Part shown: piece by piece, positions 41,514-51,438 of the stretch
Layout: each line of letters starts with the position of its first letter
Numbering within the stretch: the stretch's first letter is position 1
NCBI GenBank assembly: GCA_047601445.1
Contig: JASGJH010000001.1
Coordinates: forward strand, 4,160,001 to 4,224,000
Source: Myxococcales bacterium
GTDB lineage: Bacteria; Myxococcota_A; Polyangia; Polyangiales; DASUME01
Direction of reading: 5' to 3'
DNA length: 64,000 nucleotides
The notes under the pieces: generated by a model
Database searches by the model: none
What the model saw: the letters and a program-made list of their open reading frames with translations, nothing else
Told to the model about the DNA's origin: nothing
Position numbers and translations under genes: made by a program

Positions 41514-42932
41514 ATGGGATCGTACGAAAAGCTCTACATCGCGGGAAACTGGGTCACACCGTCAGGCCTGGACTCCATCGACGTCATCAACGCGAGCACC
41601 GAGCAGAAGATGGGCGCCGTGCCAGCGGGCTCCGAAGCAGACGCCGATCAGGCCGTCAGGGCCGCGCAGGCAGCCTTCGAGGCCTGGGCAGCCACCCCCG
41701 TCGCGACGCGCGCCGGCTATCTCGCCAAGATCGCGGAAGGCCTCGGCGCACGCACGAAGGAGTTGGCGCGGCTGATCGCGCAAGAAGTGGGGATGCCCTT
41801 GCCCTTGAGCCAGGCCGTACAGGTGGGCCTACCGGTGGCGAATTTCGCGGCGCACGCCAAGTTGGCCACGGAGTTTCGCTACGAGGAGCAAGTCGGGAAC
41901 TCGCTGGTGTTGCGCGAACCGGTGGGCGTGGTCGCCTGCATCACCCCCTGGAACTATCCGCTGCATCAGATCGCCGCCAAGGTCGCACCTGCCCTGGCCG
42001 CGGGCTGTACGGTGGTCGTGAAGCCGAGTGAGGTCGCGCCGCTGAACGCGTTCCTGCTAGCTGAAGTCATCCACAGCGTGGGATTGCCGCCGGGGGTGTT
42101 CAATCTGGTCAGTGGCCACGGACCGGTGGTGGGCGAGGCGCTCGCACGTCATGCAGGAGTGGACATGGTGTCGTTCACGGGGTCCACCCGTGCGGGCCGC
42201 CGTGTGTCCGAGTTGGCGGCACAGACCATCAAGCGCGTGCATCTCGAGCTCGGCGGAAAGTCTGCCAGCGTGGTGCTGGACGACGCGGAGTTCGAACAGG
42301 CCGTCACGAGTTCGGTGGCTGCCTGCTTCTTGAACTCGGGTCAAACCTGCAGTGCGCAGAGCCGTCTGCTGGTGCCCGAAGCGCGCATGGATGAAGCGGC
42401 AGCGATCGCCAAGCGGGTTGCCGAGACCTACACGCTCGGCAATCCCCTCGAGAGCCGCAGCAAGCTCGGTCCCCTGGTCTCGGCCGCCCAGCGCGAGCGC
42501 GTGCGGGACTACATCCGTCAGGGCGTCGCCGAGGGAGCACGGCTCGTGACCGGCGGTCCAGAGCAGCCGGAAGGCCTTTCCCAGGGCTACTTCGTCAAGC
42601 CCACGGTGTTCGCCGACGTGAAAGGCGGCATGACGATCGAACGCGAGGAAATCTTCGGCCCGGTGCTCGCCATCCTCGGCTACACGAGCGAGGACGAGGC
42701 CGTGCGCATCGCCAACGCCAGTCTGTATGGCCTGGGAGGCGGCGTCTGGTCGCGGGATGTGGAGCGCGCCAAGCGCGTCGCGCGCCGCCTGCGCACGGGA
42801 CAGGTCGACATCAACGGCGGCCGCTTCAACCTGCTCGCTCCCTTTGGCGGCTACAAGCAATCCGGGAATGGACGCGAACTGGGGAAGTTCGGTCTCGAAG
42901 AGTTCATGGAAATTAAATCACTACAGCTCTGA
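41514..42932 (+). CDS. Aldehyde dehydrogenase
   Basis: [47 protein letters not shown] 41514. Confidence 0.95.
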   Translation: MGSYEKLYIAGNWVTPSGLDSIDVINASTEQKMGAVPAGSEADADQAVRAAQAAFEAWAATPVATRAGYLAKIAEGLGARTKELARLIAQEVGMPLPLSQAVQVGLPVANFAAHAKLATEFRYEEQVGNSLVLREPVGVVACITPWNYPLHQIAAKVAPALAAGCTVVVKPSEVAPLNAFLLAEVIHSVGLPPGVFNLVSGHGPVVGEALARHAGVDMVSFTGSTRAGRRVSELAAQTIKRVHLELGGKSASVVLDDAEFEQAVTSSVAACFLNSGQTCSAQSRLLVPEARMDEAAAIAKRVAETYTLGNPLESRSKLGPLVSAAQRERVRDYIRQGVAEGARLVTGGPEQPEGLSQGYFVKPTVFADVKGGMTIEREEIFGPVLAILGYTSEDEAVRIANASLYGLGGGVWSRDVERAKRVARRLRTGQVDINGGRFNLLAPFGGYKQSGNGRELGKFGLEEFMEIKSLQL

Positions 42933-43040
42933 GCACCCGTCCCGCACCGCAACCGGCCATCCCGCGCAGCCTGCAGGCGCGGTGAATCTTTTGGCATAGC
43001 CGGTCCTAGGTCCGCGCCGTTCGCTCCCTATCCTGCGTGC

Positions 43041-45005
43041 ATGCTCCAGGATCTCCATGACCGCCAGCCCGCGCAACGCGCGAAGCTTCGGGCCTTCTGC
43101 GACACCCTGTTCGCGAGCACAGGTACGGCCCCCGATCCGCACGGGCTCCACGCGCGCCAGGCCAGCGATTTTGGCGTGGACTACGCGCTTTTCGAGCTGC
43201 TCTCTTCGCGTGTGCCCGAGCCTGCCTTGACGAGCCTGTGGCGACTGATCGACGCCTGGTCCGAGGCCTGCGGCCCGGGGACCGAGCAAGCGCTGCGCGA
43301 AACCCGCATGCACCAGCTCGCTGCGAGTTCAGCCGAAGCAGGAGCCGGGCTAGCGATGCTGCAGAAGCTCGTGCTGGCACTGTGCTACGCGCTGCCGGAC
43401 GCTCAAGGCCAGAATCCCAACTGGCCCGCGCTCTCCTATCCGGGACCGCGCCCCAAGCCCGCCCCCGCAGCGAAGGCGCTGCGACCGCTCGACATCGCGG
43501 CCGACACCGTACTCGATGCAGACGTGTGCGTGGTGGGCTCCGGAGCGGGCGGCGGCGTGATCGCCGATGCGCTCGCCCAGCGTGGACTGAGCGTGGTGGT
43601 GCTCGAAGCGGGCGGCTACTTCAGCGAGACGGACTTCAACCAGCTCGAACTGTGGGCCTACCAAAACCTCTATTGGCGCGGCGGCATCACGCCCACCGCC
43701 GACGGGAATGTGCAGCTGGTCGCTGGCGGCGCGCTAGGCGGCGGCACCCTCGTGAACTGGCAGAACTGCGTGCGTCCCCCCGACGCCGTGCGGCGCGAGT
43801 GGGCCCGCGCTCACGGCTTGCACGATCTGGACACGGCAAGCTTCGACGCACACATCGATCAGGTGCTCGAGCGCCTGATGGCGAACGATCGCTGCAGCGA
43901 GCTGAACGGCCCCCACCAGCGTCTTCGCGACGCCGCGAGCTCGCTGGGGTACGCATTCAAGACTGCACTGCGCAGCGTGGACCCGCGCAAGCACGATCCA
44001 GAGCTGGCAGGCTTTCATGGCTTTGGGGACGTCACCGGCAGCCGCCGCAGCAGCCTGAACGCTTACCTGGAGCCGGCGCAGGCGGCCGGTGCACGCATCG
44101 TGGTGGGCGCGCGCGCCGAGCGAATTCTCGTCACAGCCGGCCGAGCCCACGGCGTGGTGGCGCGCTGTGTGCGGGCAGACCGAACGCACTCGCTCGAGGT
44201 TCGCGCCCGGCACGTGGTCTGTGCCTGCGGGGCGCTCGAGACTCCCGCGCTCCTGCTGCGCTCCGGCATCGGAGGACCTGCCGTGGGCCAATATCTGAGA
44301 CTGCACCCCGTGGTCTCGCTAGCGGGCGTGTACGCAGAGGAGCAGCGACCATGGTGGGGCCCGGCCCAAGCTGCGCTCTGCGATGAGTTCCTGCAGCTAC
44401 GGGATGACCACGGCTTCTTGATCGAATGCGCACACCATTCGCTGTCCAGCGCTGCCGCGAGCATCCCCTGGCGCTCGGCGCGCGATCACAAGGTGCGCAT
44501 GACGGATCTCCCGCACACGACGGCTTTCATCGCCATCGTTCGCGACCGCGGACACGGCAGGGTCCGCATCGATGCAACGGGCGCGAGCGTACCGACCTAT
44601 GCGCTCGACGATGAGTTGGACCGCGCACACCTCGCGCGGGCGACCCTCGAGATGGCGCGGCTACACCAGGCGGCGGGCGCCCAGCGCATGCTGACGACCG
44701 TGGGGAACGAGCTCAGGGAGTATACGCGTGGCGAGGCGCTCTCCAGCTTCGTCGAGCCGCTCGCCAGCGCCCCCTACGGCGCGGGTGGGCGGCCGGTGTT
44801 CAGCGCCCATCAGATGGGCTCCGCGCGCATGGGAACCGACCCCGAAGAGAGCGTGGCCCAGCCCAGCGGCGAGCTTCACGACACACGCGGCGTGTGGATC
44901 GGCGACACCAGCGCATTCCCCACCGCACCCGGTGTGAATCCAGCCCTCACTTGCATGGCACTCGCCGCCCGAACCGCAGCGCAGCTCGCCAATCAACCTC
45001 GCTGA
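43041..45005 (+). CDS. GMC oxidoreductase (long-chain alcohol oxidase-like)
   Basis: VVGSGAGGG, LEAG, GGALGGGTLVNW, ETPALLLRSG, SAHQMGSARMG, GVNP. Confidence 0.9.
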   Translation: MLQDLHDRQPAQRAKLRAFCDTLFASTGTAPDPHGLHARQASDFGVDYALFELLSSRVPEPALTSLWRLIDAWSEACGPGTEQALRETRMHQLAASSAEAGAGLAMLQKLVLALCYALPDAQGQNPNWPALSYPGPRPKPAPAAKALRPLDIAADTVLDADVCVVGSGAGGGVIADALAQRGLSVVVLEAGGYFSETDFNQLELWAYQNLYWRGGITPTADGNVQLVAGGALGGGTLVNWQNCVRPPDAVRREWARAHGLHDLDTASFDAHIDQVLERLMANDRCSELNGPHQRLRDAASSLGYAFKTALRSVDPRKHDPELAGFHGFGDVTGSRRSSLNAYLEPAQAAGARIVVGARAERILVTAGRAHGVVARCVRADRTHSLEVRARHVVCACGALETPALLLRSGIGGPAVGQYLRLHPVVSLAGVYAEEQRPWWGPAQAALCDEFLQLRDDHGFLIECAHHSLSSAAASIPWRSARDHKVRMTDLPHTTAFIAIVRDRGHGRVRIDATGASVPTYALDDELDRAHLARATLEMARLHQAAGAQRMLTTVGNELREYTRGEALSSFVEPLASAPYGAGGRPVFSAHQMGSARMGTDPEESVAQPSGELHDTRGVWIGDTSAFPTAPGVNPALTCMALAARTAAQLANQPR

Positions 45006-45081
45006 CGGCCGCTCATGGCTCGATGCCGTTGTAGAACGAAGCGTTCCAAATCAGCTTTCTCTGCTTGTCCCGAGGTAGCGT

Positions 45082-45672
45082 TTAGCCGCGGCGGGTCTCG
45101 TAGGTCAAGATGACTTTCCCGCTCGGGGTCCGCTCCACGCCCACGAAAGTGAGCGCTCTACGCTTTTCCACGCCCGCAAAGAGCGGCCGCCCGCCCGCCA
45201 GCAGCAGCGGGTGAACGATCAGCCTGAGCTCGTCCAGCAGATCCGCGTTCAGCAGCGCGACCACGAGCGTGGGCCCGCCGACCACGTAGATGTTCTTGCC
45301 AGGCTGCCGCTTCAGGACGCGCAGCGGCTCCAGGTCCCGCACAATCTGCGTGTTGGGTGGCCAGGCCACCCGCTCCAGCGTGCGCGAGAAGACGTAGTGG
45401 GGCGACTTGGCGGCCAGCTTGGCGTAGGCGACTTCACGCTCGTTGGGAAGACGATTCATGTACGGGGGAACCTGCGTCGGATCCCTCTCGACCGCGGACC
45501 AGTGCTCGCCGTAGGCCGGATGCATGCGCCCGCCCTGCACGAAGGCGTCCACGTCGGAGATCAGGTGGAGCGCGTCGGCCCACGAATCGACCCATTCGGG
45601 CTCGCCCCGGTCGGACGCCTGCGTGAAGCCGTCCAGCGAGATCTGGAGCGCGGCGATCATCTTTCTGCTCAT
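45082..45672 (-). CDS. Dihydrofolate reductase/RibD C-terminal family protein
   Basis: ISLDGF, VFSRTL, GKNIYVVGG, LLDEL...HPLLL.GG..LF; ATG 45672 after AAGGAG. Confidence 0.88.
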   Translation of the reverse strand: MSRKMIAALQISLDGFTQASDRGEPEWVDSWADALHLISDVDAFVQGGRMHPAYGEHWSAVERDPTQVPPYMNRLPNEREVAYAKLAAKSPHYVFSRTLERVAWPPNTQIVRDLEPLRVLKRQPGKNIYVVGGPTLVVALLNADLLDELRLIVHPLLLAGGRPLFAGVEKRRALTFVGVERTPSGKVILTYETRRG

Positions 45673-45975
45673 GGCCTGTCTCCTTCGCAGCAGCTTCATC
45701 GCTGCACTCCGGAACCTACGGCGCAGGCAGATGCGCGGGGAGTAACATCGTCGTCGCGGTCGAGGCGGCGCGGCGTCCCGCGAGAAATTCGAAGCTGACG
45801 CGGGCGCTCCATGCCCGCTTCGAAACGGCAGATACGTCGCCTTTACGCACGATCTTCCTCGGCAGAATCGCCTTTTTTCGAGTGTCGACGTTCGCACAAC
45901 AACCGTTGTGTCGCATGCAGCGGTGCACCGAATTCTCGATCCAGAAAAGCCGAACAAAATCGTTCGCGACGATGG

Positions 45976-45991
45976 TGGCACGAGTACTGCT
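45976..45991 (+). promoter_or_regulatory. Putative sigma54 (-24/-12) promoter
   Basis: TGGCACGAGTACTGCT, near-consensus, about 58 bp upstream of ATG 46050. Confidence 0.7.
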
Positions 45992-46049
45992 CACGGAAGA
46001 GCCATCCAACGCGCCCTGCGGCGCGCAACCAAAGAGGCTCTCGAAGAAC

Positions 46050-48518
46050 ATGAAAAACTCCTCCTGGCAGCGCACGGTGTTCTCCACATCGTTGCTCGCG
46101 ATGGGCGCCTGCAGCGCGCCGCTCGACGACACCAGCATCGACATCGACCAAGCGCCCGCGGGCAATCTCGACGTTCAGCAGACGTCCCAGGCCATCCTGG
46201 GCAACACGGGCGCCTCGCTGCGCGTCGTCACGTACAACACTGCGTTCATGTCGCTCGACTTCCCCTTCCCGGTCGGCGAGGTGGACACCAACGACGGCAA
46301 GTTCGGGGGCTTCACCTATCAAGATCGCGCGTTCGCGATTGCGCAACGCATCCTGGCGGCCGATGACGATGTGGTGGCCTTGAACGAGGTGTTCTCGTCG
46401 GACGCCCGCAAGGAGCTCATCTCGCAGCTGGCGGCCACGTACCCGCACTACATCAGCGAGGTCCGCGGCAAGGCGCCCAACCCCGGCGCGCAGCTCGGCA
46501 GCGACCTCCTGAAGTTCGTGCCCGACGGGCTGAAGCCCAAGCCCAACAACAGCGGTCTCATGATCTTCTCGAAGCGCCCCTTCGAGCCGTTCTCGGCAGG
46601 CGCATCCCCCAAGCAAGAGGGCGTCGAATACATCGACGGCATGAATGGCCCCGACACGTGGGGCGAGAAGCCCGAGGAGGTGTCTGCGGTGGCGTATCCG
46701 TTTGCCGCCAATGACGATGGGCTTGCCAGCAAGGCGGTGGCGATGGTGCGCGTGAAGAACGTGGACGGGCTCATCCACAACATCGCTTTCACGCACATGC
46801 AGGCCGACAACAAGCCGGGAGACCCCACCTGCATCGGCACGCGCGCCCTGCAATTCGCTCAGATTCGCGACCTGATCGAGCAGAGCCTCACGGCCAACGA
46901 GCGCGCGACGCAGCCGATCTACGTGATCGGCGACACCAACGTGATCGGCGGCAACAAGGCGAACCCGGGCGCCATCAGCGAATGGCAGGACGTGTATCAG
47001 ACCGGCAATACGCTCGCGTTCTTCTCGTGTGGCAACCTTGCCTGCGATGACAAACGCTTCATGACGGACGCCTGGGGCTTCGAAACATCGGAGCACGACT
47101 TCGGCGAATCGAACAACACCGACAAGGCGCGCCTCGACTACTTCCTCCACAACAAGCCTGTCTGGAAGGAGCACGAGGACAAGTTCGAGCTGTGCGTCCA
47201 GTACATCTCCAAGGCCTACGACTACGGCCTCGATACGCCGAACGGCCTCCAGCAGCTGTCGGATCACTTCGCGCTGCGCACGGACCTCAACAAGAAGGCT
47301 CCGCACTGCAGCGCCAACGGGGATGCCGGGCAGTTCGGCCCCTACGTGACCGACTTCAAGGCGGCTCCGACGCAGAACTTCGGCCCCAACGAGGGCGCCG
47401 AGATCAAGTTCCCAGGCTCCATGCAGTGGGTTCGCATCGACCAGGCCGGCAGTTATGCCATTCAGTTCATGGGGGTTAACAAGCAGAACTTCGGGTTCGA
47501 GGTCTACGCGGCTGACGATCTCTCGACCCCGTTGCCGCCTTTCCACGGCGAGGTCGACGCGGAGTTCGGAGCCAAGTACACGATGCCCGCGCCTCCCTAC
47601 TATGTGCGTACGTTCGCGCGCGATCCGAACACGGGCCTTCCAGATCGCACGGCCACGGGCAGCTACACGCTCTCCGTCCATCGCTATACGGGCACCTCGG
47701 CCAGCGAGGCGATGTTCCTGACGGGCGGCGACACCCAGGCCTATGTGTGGCCCGGCGCAAATCAGCTCGAGTACCCGTTTGTGTGGTTCAAGATCTACAC
47801 GAGCCAGACCAAGACCGGTGACTTCCCGTTCATCACCATGCTGCTCGACATCCCGCTCAACGCGACGGATTCGGACTTCGACGTGACCTTGCACGAAGAG
47901 GTGATCGTCAAGGGCAAGAAGACCTACCCGCAGATCGCCTGGCAGAAGGTCGACGTGATCAAGGATCCCAACACCAAGCTACCGCTCAAGCGCTTGGTGC
48001 CCAAGGCTCTGACCGGCAACCCCAACGCACAGCCCAAGGCCTACTACCTGAAAATGTCGCGCATTCAGCCGTGGCACAACGTCCCCATGACCAGCCACTT
48101 GAGCTACGGCACCACGCTCACCTACCTACGGCCCGAAAACTGGCTCGCCCTCGATATGGAGGACGACTGGCCCGACTACGACAACATCCAGTTCCAGTTC
48201 ATGCTGGACGGACCCGTGCAGAAGAGTGCCTGCGTGAACTGCTTCGGCCCCTTCCAGGTGGGCGAGGGCGTCGCCATCGAGATTCAGAAGGACGGGCCGC
48301 AGATCTACGCGGATCACGCGGTGGTCGATCTGTGGAAGGAGGGCGAATACCTTGCCGACCAGTGCCAAGTGCCGGTGAAGATGATCCCGCATCTCTACGA
48401 CTTCACCCTGTTCGACAAGACCGGCTCGCTCCTGTGGGCCGACGCTGGCAACGTCGACAAGGCCGACTTCTGGTACACGCTCTCCTACAAGCTCTGGCAC
48501 GAATCCACGCCGTTCTGA
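46050..48518 (+). CDS. Lipoprotein with a neutral sphingomyelinase-like EEP domain and a long unassigned C-terminal region
   Basis: Lipobox AMGAC; VTYN, ALNEVF, SGLMIFSK, ASK, FTHMQA, IGDTN, RLDY, LSDH. Confidence 0.85.
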   Translation: MKNSSWQRTVFSTSLLAMGACSAPLDDTSIDIDQAPAGNLDVQQTSQAILGNTGASLRVVTYNTAFMSLDFPFPVGEVDTNDGKFGGFTYQDRAFAIAQRILAADDDVVALNEVFSSDARKELISQLAATYPHYISEVRGKAPNPGAQLGSDLLKFVPDGLKPKPNNSGLMIFSKRPFEPFSAGASPKQEGVEYIDGMNGPDTWGEKPEEVSAVAYPFAANDDGLASKAVAMVRVKNVDGLIHNIAFTHMQADNKPGDPTCIGTRALQFAQIRDLIEQSLTANERATQPIYVIGDTNVIGGNKANPGAISEWQDVYQTGNTLAFFSCGNLACDDKRFMTDAWGFETSEHDFGESNNTDKARLDYFLHNKPVWKEHEDKFELCVQYISKAYDYGLDTPNGLQQLSDHFALRTDLNKKAPHCSANGDAGQFGPYVTDFKAAPTQNFGPNEGAEIKFPGSMQWVRIDQAGSYAIQFMGVNKQNFGFEVYAADDLSTPLPPFHGEVDAEFGAKYTMPAPPYYVRTFARDPNTGLPDRTATGSYTLSVHRYTGTSASEAMFLTGGDTQAYVWPGANQLEYPFVWFKIYTSQTKTGDFPFITMLLDIPLNATDSDFDVTLHEEVIVKGKKTYPQIAWQKVDVIKDPNTKLPLKRLVPKALTGNPNAQPKAYYLKMSRIQPWHNVPMTSHLSYGTTLTYLRPENWLALDMEDDWPDYDNIQFQFMLDGPVQKSACVNCFGPFQVGEGVAIEIQKDGPQIYADHAVVDLWKEGEYLADQCQVPVKMIPHLYDFTLFDKTGSLLWADAGNVDKADFWYTLSYKLWHESTPF

Positions 48519-48611
48519 GCTCGCGCTCGTACCGAATCGCTCGCCTCACCCCGGGGTGAGCAAGCCGACCGCCCCTCCGTCGCGTGCTATTTGGCCGCCT
48601 CGGAGGGTTCC

Positions 48612-50879
48612 GTGTCCCATATCAACCTTGGGTTGCGCCGTGCAGTCCTGGTCTCGCTGCTTCTCTCCTTGGTGGGCTGCTCTTCGGGGCCGCGGTCGAT
48701 CGAGGGCGATAGCGACCCAGATGCCGGTGATGCATCCATACCCCGGCGCGATTCGGGGCAATCGCCGACCGAGGACGACGCTGGGGGACCCGACGCTGGC
48801 CATGACTCCGGGATGGCCCCCACGGAGGACGACTCCGGGACCGGCGCCATGAGCGACGCCGGCTCGGACAGCGGCCCGGGCACAGGTGGAGACGGGGACG
48901 ACCCCACCGCGTGCACCGACGTGGACGGCGATGGCTACGGCTCAGGTTGCACCAAGGGCCCTGACTGCGACGACGGCAACGAGGCCATCCATCCGACCGC
49001 CACCGAGATCGATTGGGACGCCATCGATCAGAACTGCAACGGCAAGCTCGGCAAGCGCCTGGTGCAAGATGCGGTGAGCCCTCACGACCCGAGCAATGGA
49101 GTCGCGTTGTTCGACAACGGCCTGTTCGTGGTGCTCAATCAGTCGATCGCCATCTACGCCATCGATGACTTGAACGAGCCCGTGTTCGAGGGCCCGCTGC
49201 TCGAGGACTACCCGAATGGTGCGTCGTTCAAGGCAGGCACCCTGGCGGCGCGCTCGGGCGGTGCCTTCGAGATCTTGTTGTTCGACGTGAGTTCGCCCGA
49301 AGAAGGGGCGGTCGCGGCGGGTAGCGTCGACCCGGAGGGCATCAGCACCTTCGATCTGAGTACCGATGGCGACACGCTCTACGTATACACGGAAGACGAC
49401 GATCTCGGTGTCGTGCTGCGCGTCTACGACGTGAGCGAGCCGAGCGACCCCGAGCTGCTCGACACGCTCGAAACCGACTGCTTTCAGCGCTTCGGGGTGC
49501 GCGTCGACCGGGGCATGCTGGCCCTCACCTGCAAGGGTCAAAAGTGGAACGAGCTGCACGTCTTCGATCTGGATGACCCGCAAAGTCCGGCTCTGGTCGC
49601 TTCGCACAATTACGACGGCGATCGCGACTACTTCATGAGCGTTTCCCAGGGCTACGCCTACTTCAAAGAGCAGCTCCACTATCGGCGCTATCCGATCACC
49701 GACCAGGGCTTTGGGACCTCGGAAGAACTCGATATGCTCGAGACGACGGGTGACTCATGGTTCGGGCCCCACGTAGCTGCCGAGGCGGGTCTGTTTACCG
49801 TGCACAAGGCACCCGACGCCCTGGAGCAAGAGCTGTGTCTCCTCACCGCCGATGAGCTCACCCCACGTTGCTTCGCCGGCCTGATGGACAACGGCGAGCT
49901 GTACGCTGCAACTCGCATCTTGGCCGACGGGTCCCAGCTGCTCCTGACCACGTTCGAGCACGCTCGGCGTGTCGACATGAGCGACCTGGACGAGCCCGCC
50001 CTCGGTTCGCAGTGGGTGCGTCTGTCTACCCGCCAGGGCCTCAGCTTCGCGGGAGACGGCGATGAGCTCATCGTCACGACTGGACAAGGCCTCGCCGTGT
50101 ACGAGACCGAAAGCCTGGCTCGCGACGCCTATGCCGCGCTGGACTCCGACATGATGTTCTGTACCACCGCAAGCGGAGATCTCGCCTACGGCCTGGCGTT
50201 GAACGGCCTCATCAGCGTGGTCTCCGTCGTCGATCCGAGCGCGCCCCACGTCCTTCAGCGAGTTGCCGCCGCGGAGCGCCCCCACCGATGTCAGGTGCTC
50301 GTTCGCCCAAGCGGCCGCTACCTGCTCGTCAGCTATGAGAAGGCGATACGCATCTTCCAGCTCGACGCGGCGGGTCTGGTCGCCCAGCTGAACGTCCACC
50401 GCAGCTACGAGGGTCTGCACGGCTTCGCGGACGACGGTAGCCGGCTCTTCGTGGCCAGTAGCACCACCGACAATCAAAGCCATCCCCTCAAGTACAGCGT
50501 GTCGGTGCTGCCGCTCGCCTTCGGGGACGCCCCCGATGCGTTCGACATGGACCTGGACAAGGCCTGGGGCATCCTTCGCTTCGCCGACAAACTCGCCGTG
50601 TACAGCTCGGACGGCATCCGTCTCATCGACCTCGATGACAAGTCCCACGTGGATTACGCGCAAGCAGGCATTTTCACCCTTTTTTCCGCCTCGGGCTATC
50701 TGTTCGCGCTAACCAACGACGTCGTCTCGCTTCGCGTGCTGACGCCCGGCGGACTGGTTAGCGTGCCGGTCGCCGAACAACCGAATGACGGCTGGTGGAG
50801 CGTCGCTGCACTCGGGAACCGGATCGCGTTCCTGCACGGCGGGGACATCGCGTCCTTCGAGGTCGTCGACGAGCACTGA
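48612..50879 (+). CDS. Lipoprotein with a MopE-like Cys/Asp motif and LVIVD-type propeller repeats
   Basis: GGAGG then GTG 48612; lipobox SLVGC; CTDVDGDGYG...DCDD...IHP.ATEI..DAIDQNCNG; repeats VYDVSEPSDPEL, VFDLDDPQSPAL, VSVVDPSAP. Confidence 0.8.
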   Translation: MSHINLGLRRAVLVSLLLSLVGCSSGPRSIEGDSDPDAGDASIPRRDSGQSPTEDDAGGPDAGHDSGMAPTEDDSGTGAMSDAGSDSGPGTGGDGDDPTACTDVDGDGYGSGCTKGPDCDDGNEAIHPTATEIDWDAIDQNCNGKLGKRLVQDAVSPHDPSNGVALFDNGLFVVLNQSIAIYAIDDLNEPVFEGPLLEDYPNGASFKAGTLAARSGGAFEILLFDVSSPEEGAVAAGSVDPEGISTFDLSTDGDTLYVYTEDDDLGVVLRVYDVSEPSDPELLDTLETDCFQRFGVRVDRGMLALTCKGQKWNELHVFDLDDPQSPALVASHNYDGDRDYFMSVSQGYAYFKEQLHYRRYPITDQGFGTSEELDMLETTGDSWFGPHVAAEAGLFTVHKAPDALEQELCLLTADELTPRCFAGLMDNGELYAATRILADGSQLLLTTFEHARRVDMSDLDEPALGSQWVRLSTRQGLSFAGDGDELIVTTGQGLAVYETESLARDAYAALDSDMMFCTTASGDLAYGLALNGLISVVSVVDPSAPHVLQRVAAAERPHRCQVLVRPSGRYLLVSYEKAIRIFQLDAAGLVAQLNVHRSYEGLHGFADDGSRLFVASSTTDNQSHPLKYSVSVLPLAFGDAPDAFDMDLDKAWGILRFADKLAVYSSDGIRLIDLDDKSHVDYAQAGIFTLFSASGYLFALTNDVVSLRVLTPGGLVSVPVAEQPNDGWWSVAALGNRIAFLHGGDIASFEVVDEH

Positions 50880-50961
50880 GCGAGCCGAACTACCGCACGA
50901 AGGACTCACCATGGTCCGCCGAGCGTTGGCACTCCTCGGCCGGCGATGATACTGGAAGGCC

Positions 50962-51435
50962 ATGGGCGTTCGACTCGAGCGGATGACAGCCACAACCGCC
51001 GCGGCACTTCTAGAAGGCAAGCGCCCGTCTGATATTCGAGTCGCCGACGACTACCCGAGCGAGTTCTCCCAGGGCGTCGCCGCGCAGGTTGCCGACGGCA
51101 GCGACCTCGGCCCCTACGTAATCTACCCCTCGACGGAAGCCATCGTAGTCGGTGAGATCGGTGGTGCATTTACGGGCGCCGGCACGGTGGAGATTGGCTA
51201 CGCCGTGGTGCGCTCCCACTGGGGGCGAGGCATCGCGACGGACGCGGTTCGCGCGCTGGTCAGCGTCCTCCGCAAGCAGGCAGACGTCCAGCGCATCGTC
51301 GCGCACACACCTTTGGACCGTCCGGAGAGTGCGCGCGTCGTCGAGAAGGCGGGCTTCATCCTGGTGGGCGAGATCGAAGATTCCCACGAAGGGGTCGCGC
51401 TCCGCGTGAAAGAGTGGGAGCTTCGGCTCGACTAG
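50962..51435 (+). CDS. GNAT-family N-acetyltransferase (RimJ/RimL-like)
   Basis: VEIGYAV...WGRGIAT, S.RVVEKAGF. Confidence 0.88.
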   Translation: MGVRLERMTATTAAALLEGKRPSDIRVADDYPSEFSQGVAAQVADGSDLGPYVIYPSTEAIVVGEIGGAFTGAGTVEIGYAVVRSHWGRGIATDAVRALVSVLRKQADVQRIVAHTPLDRPESARVVEKAGFILVGEIEDSHEGVALRVKEWELRLD

Positions 51436-51438
51436 CGG

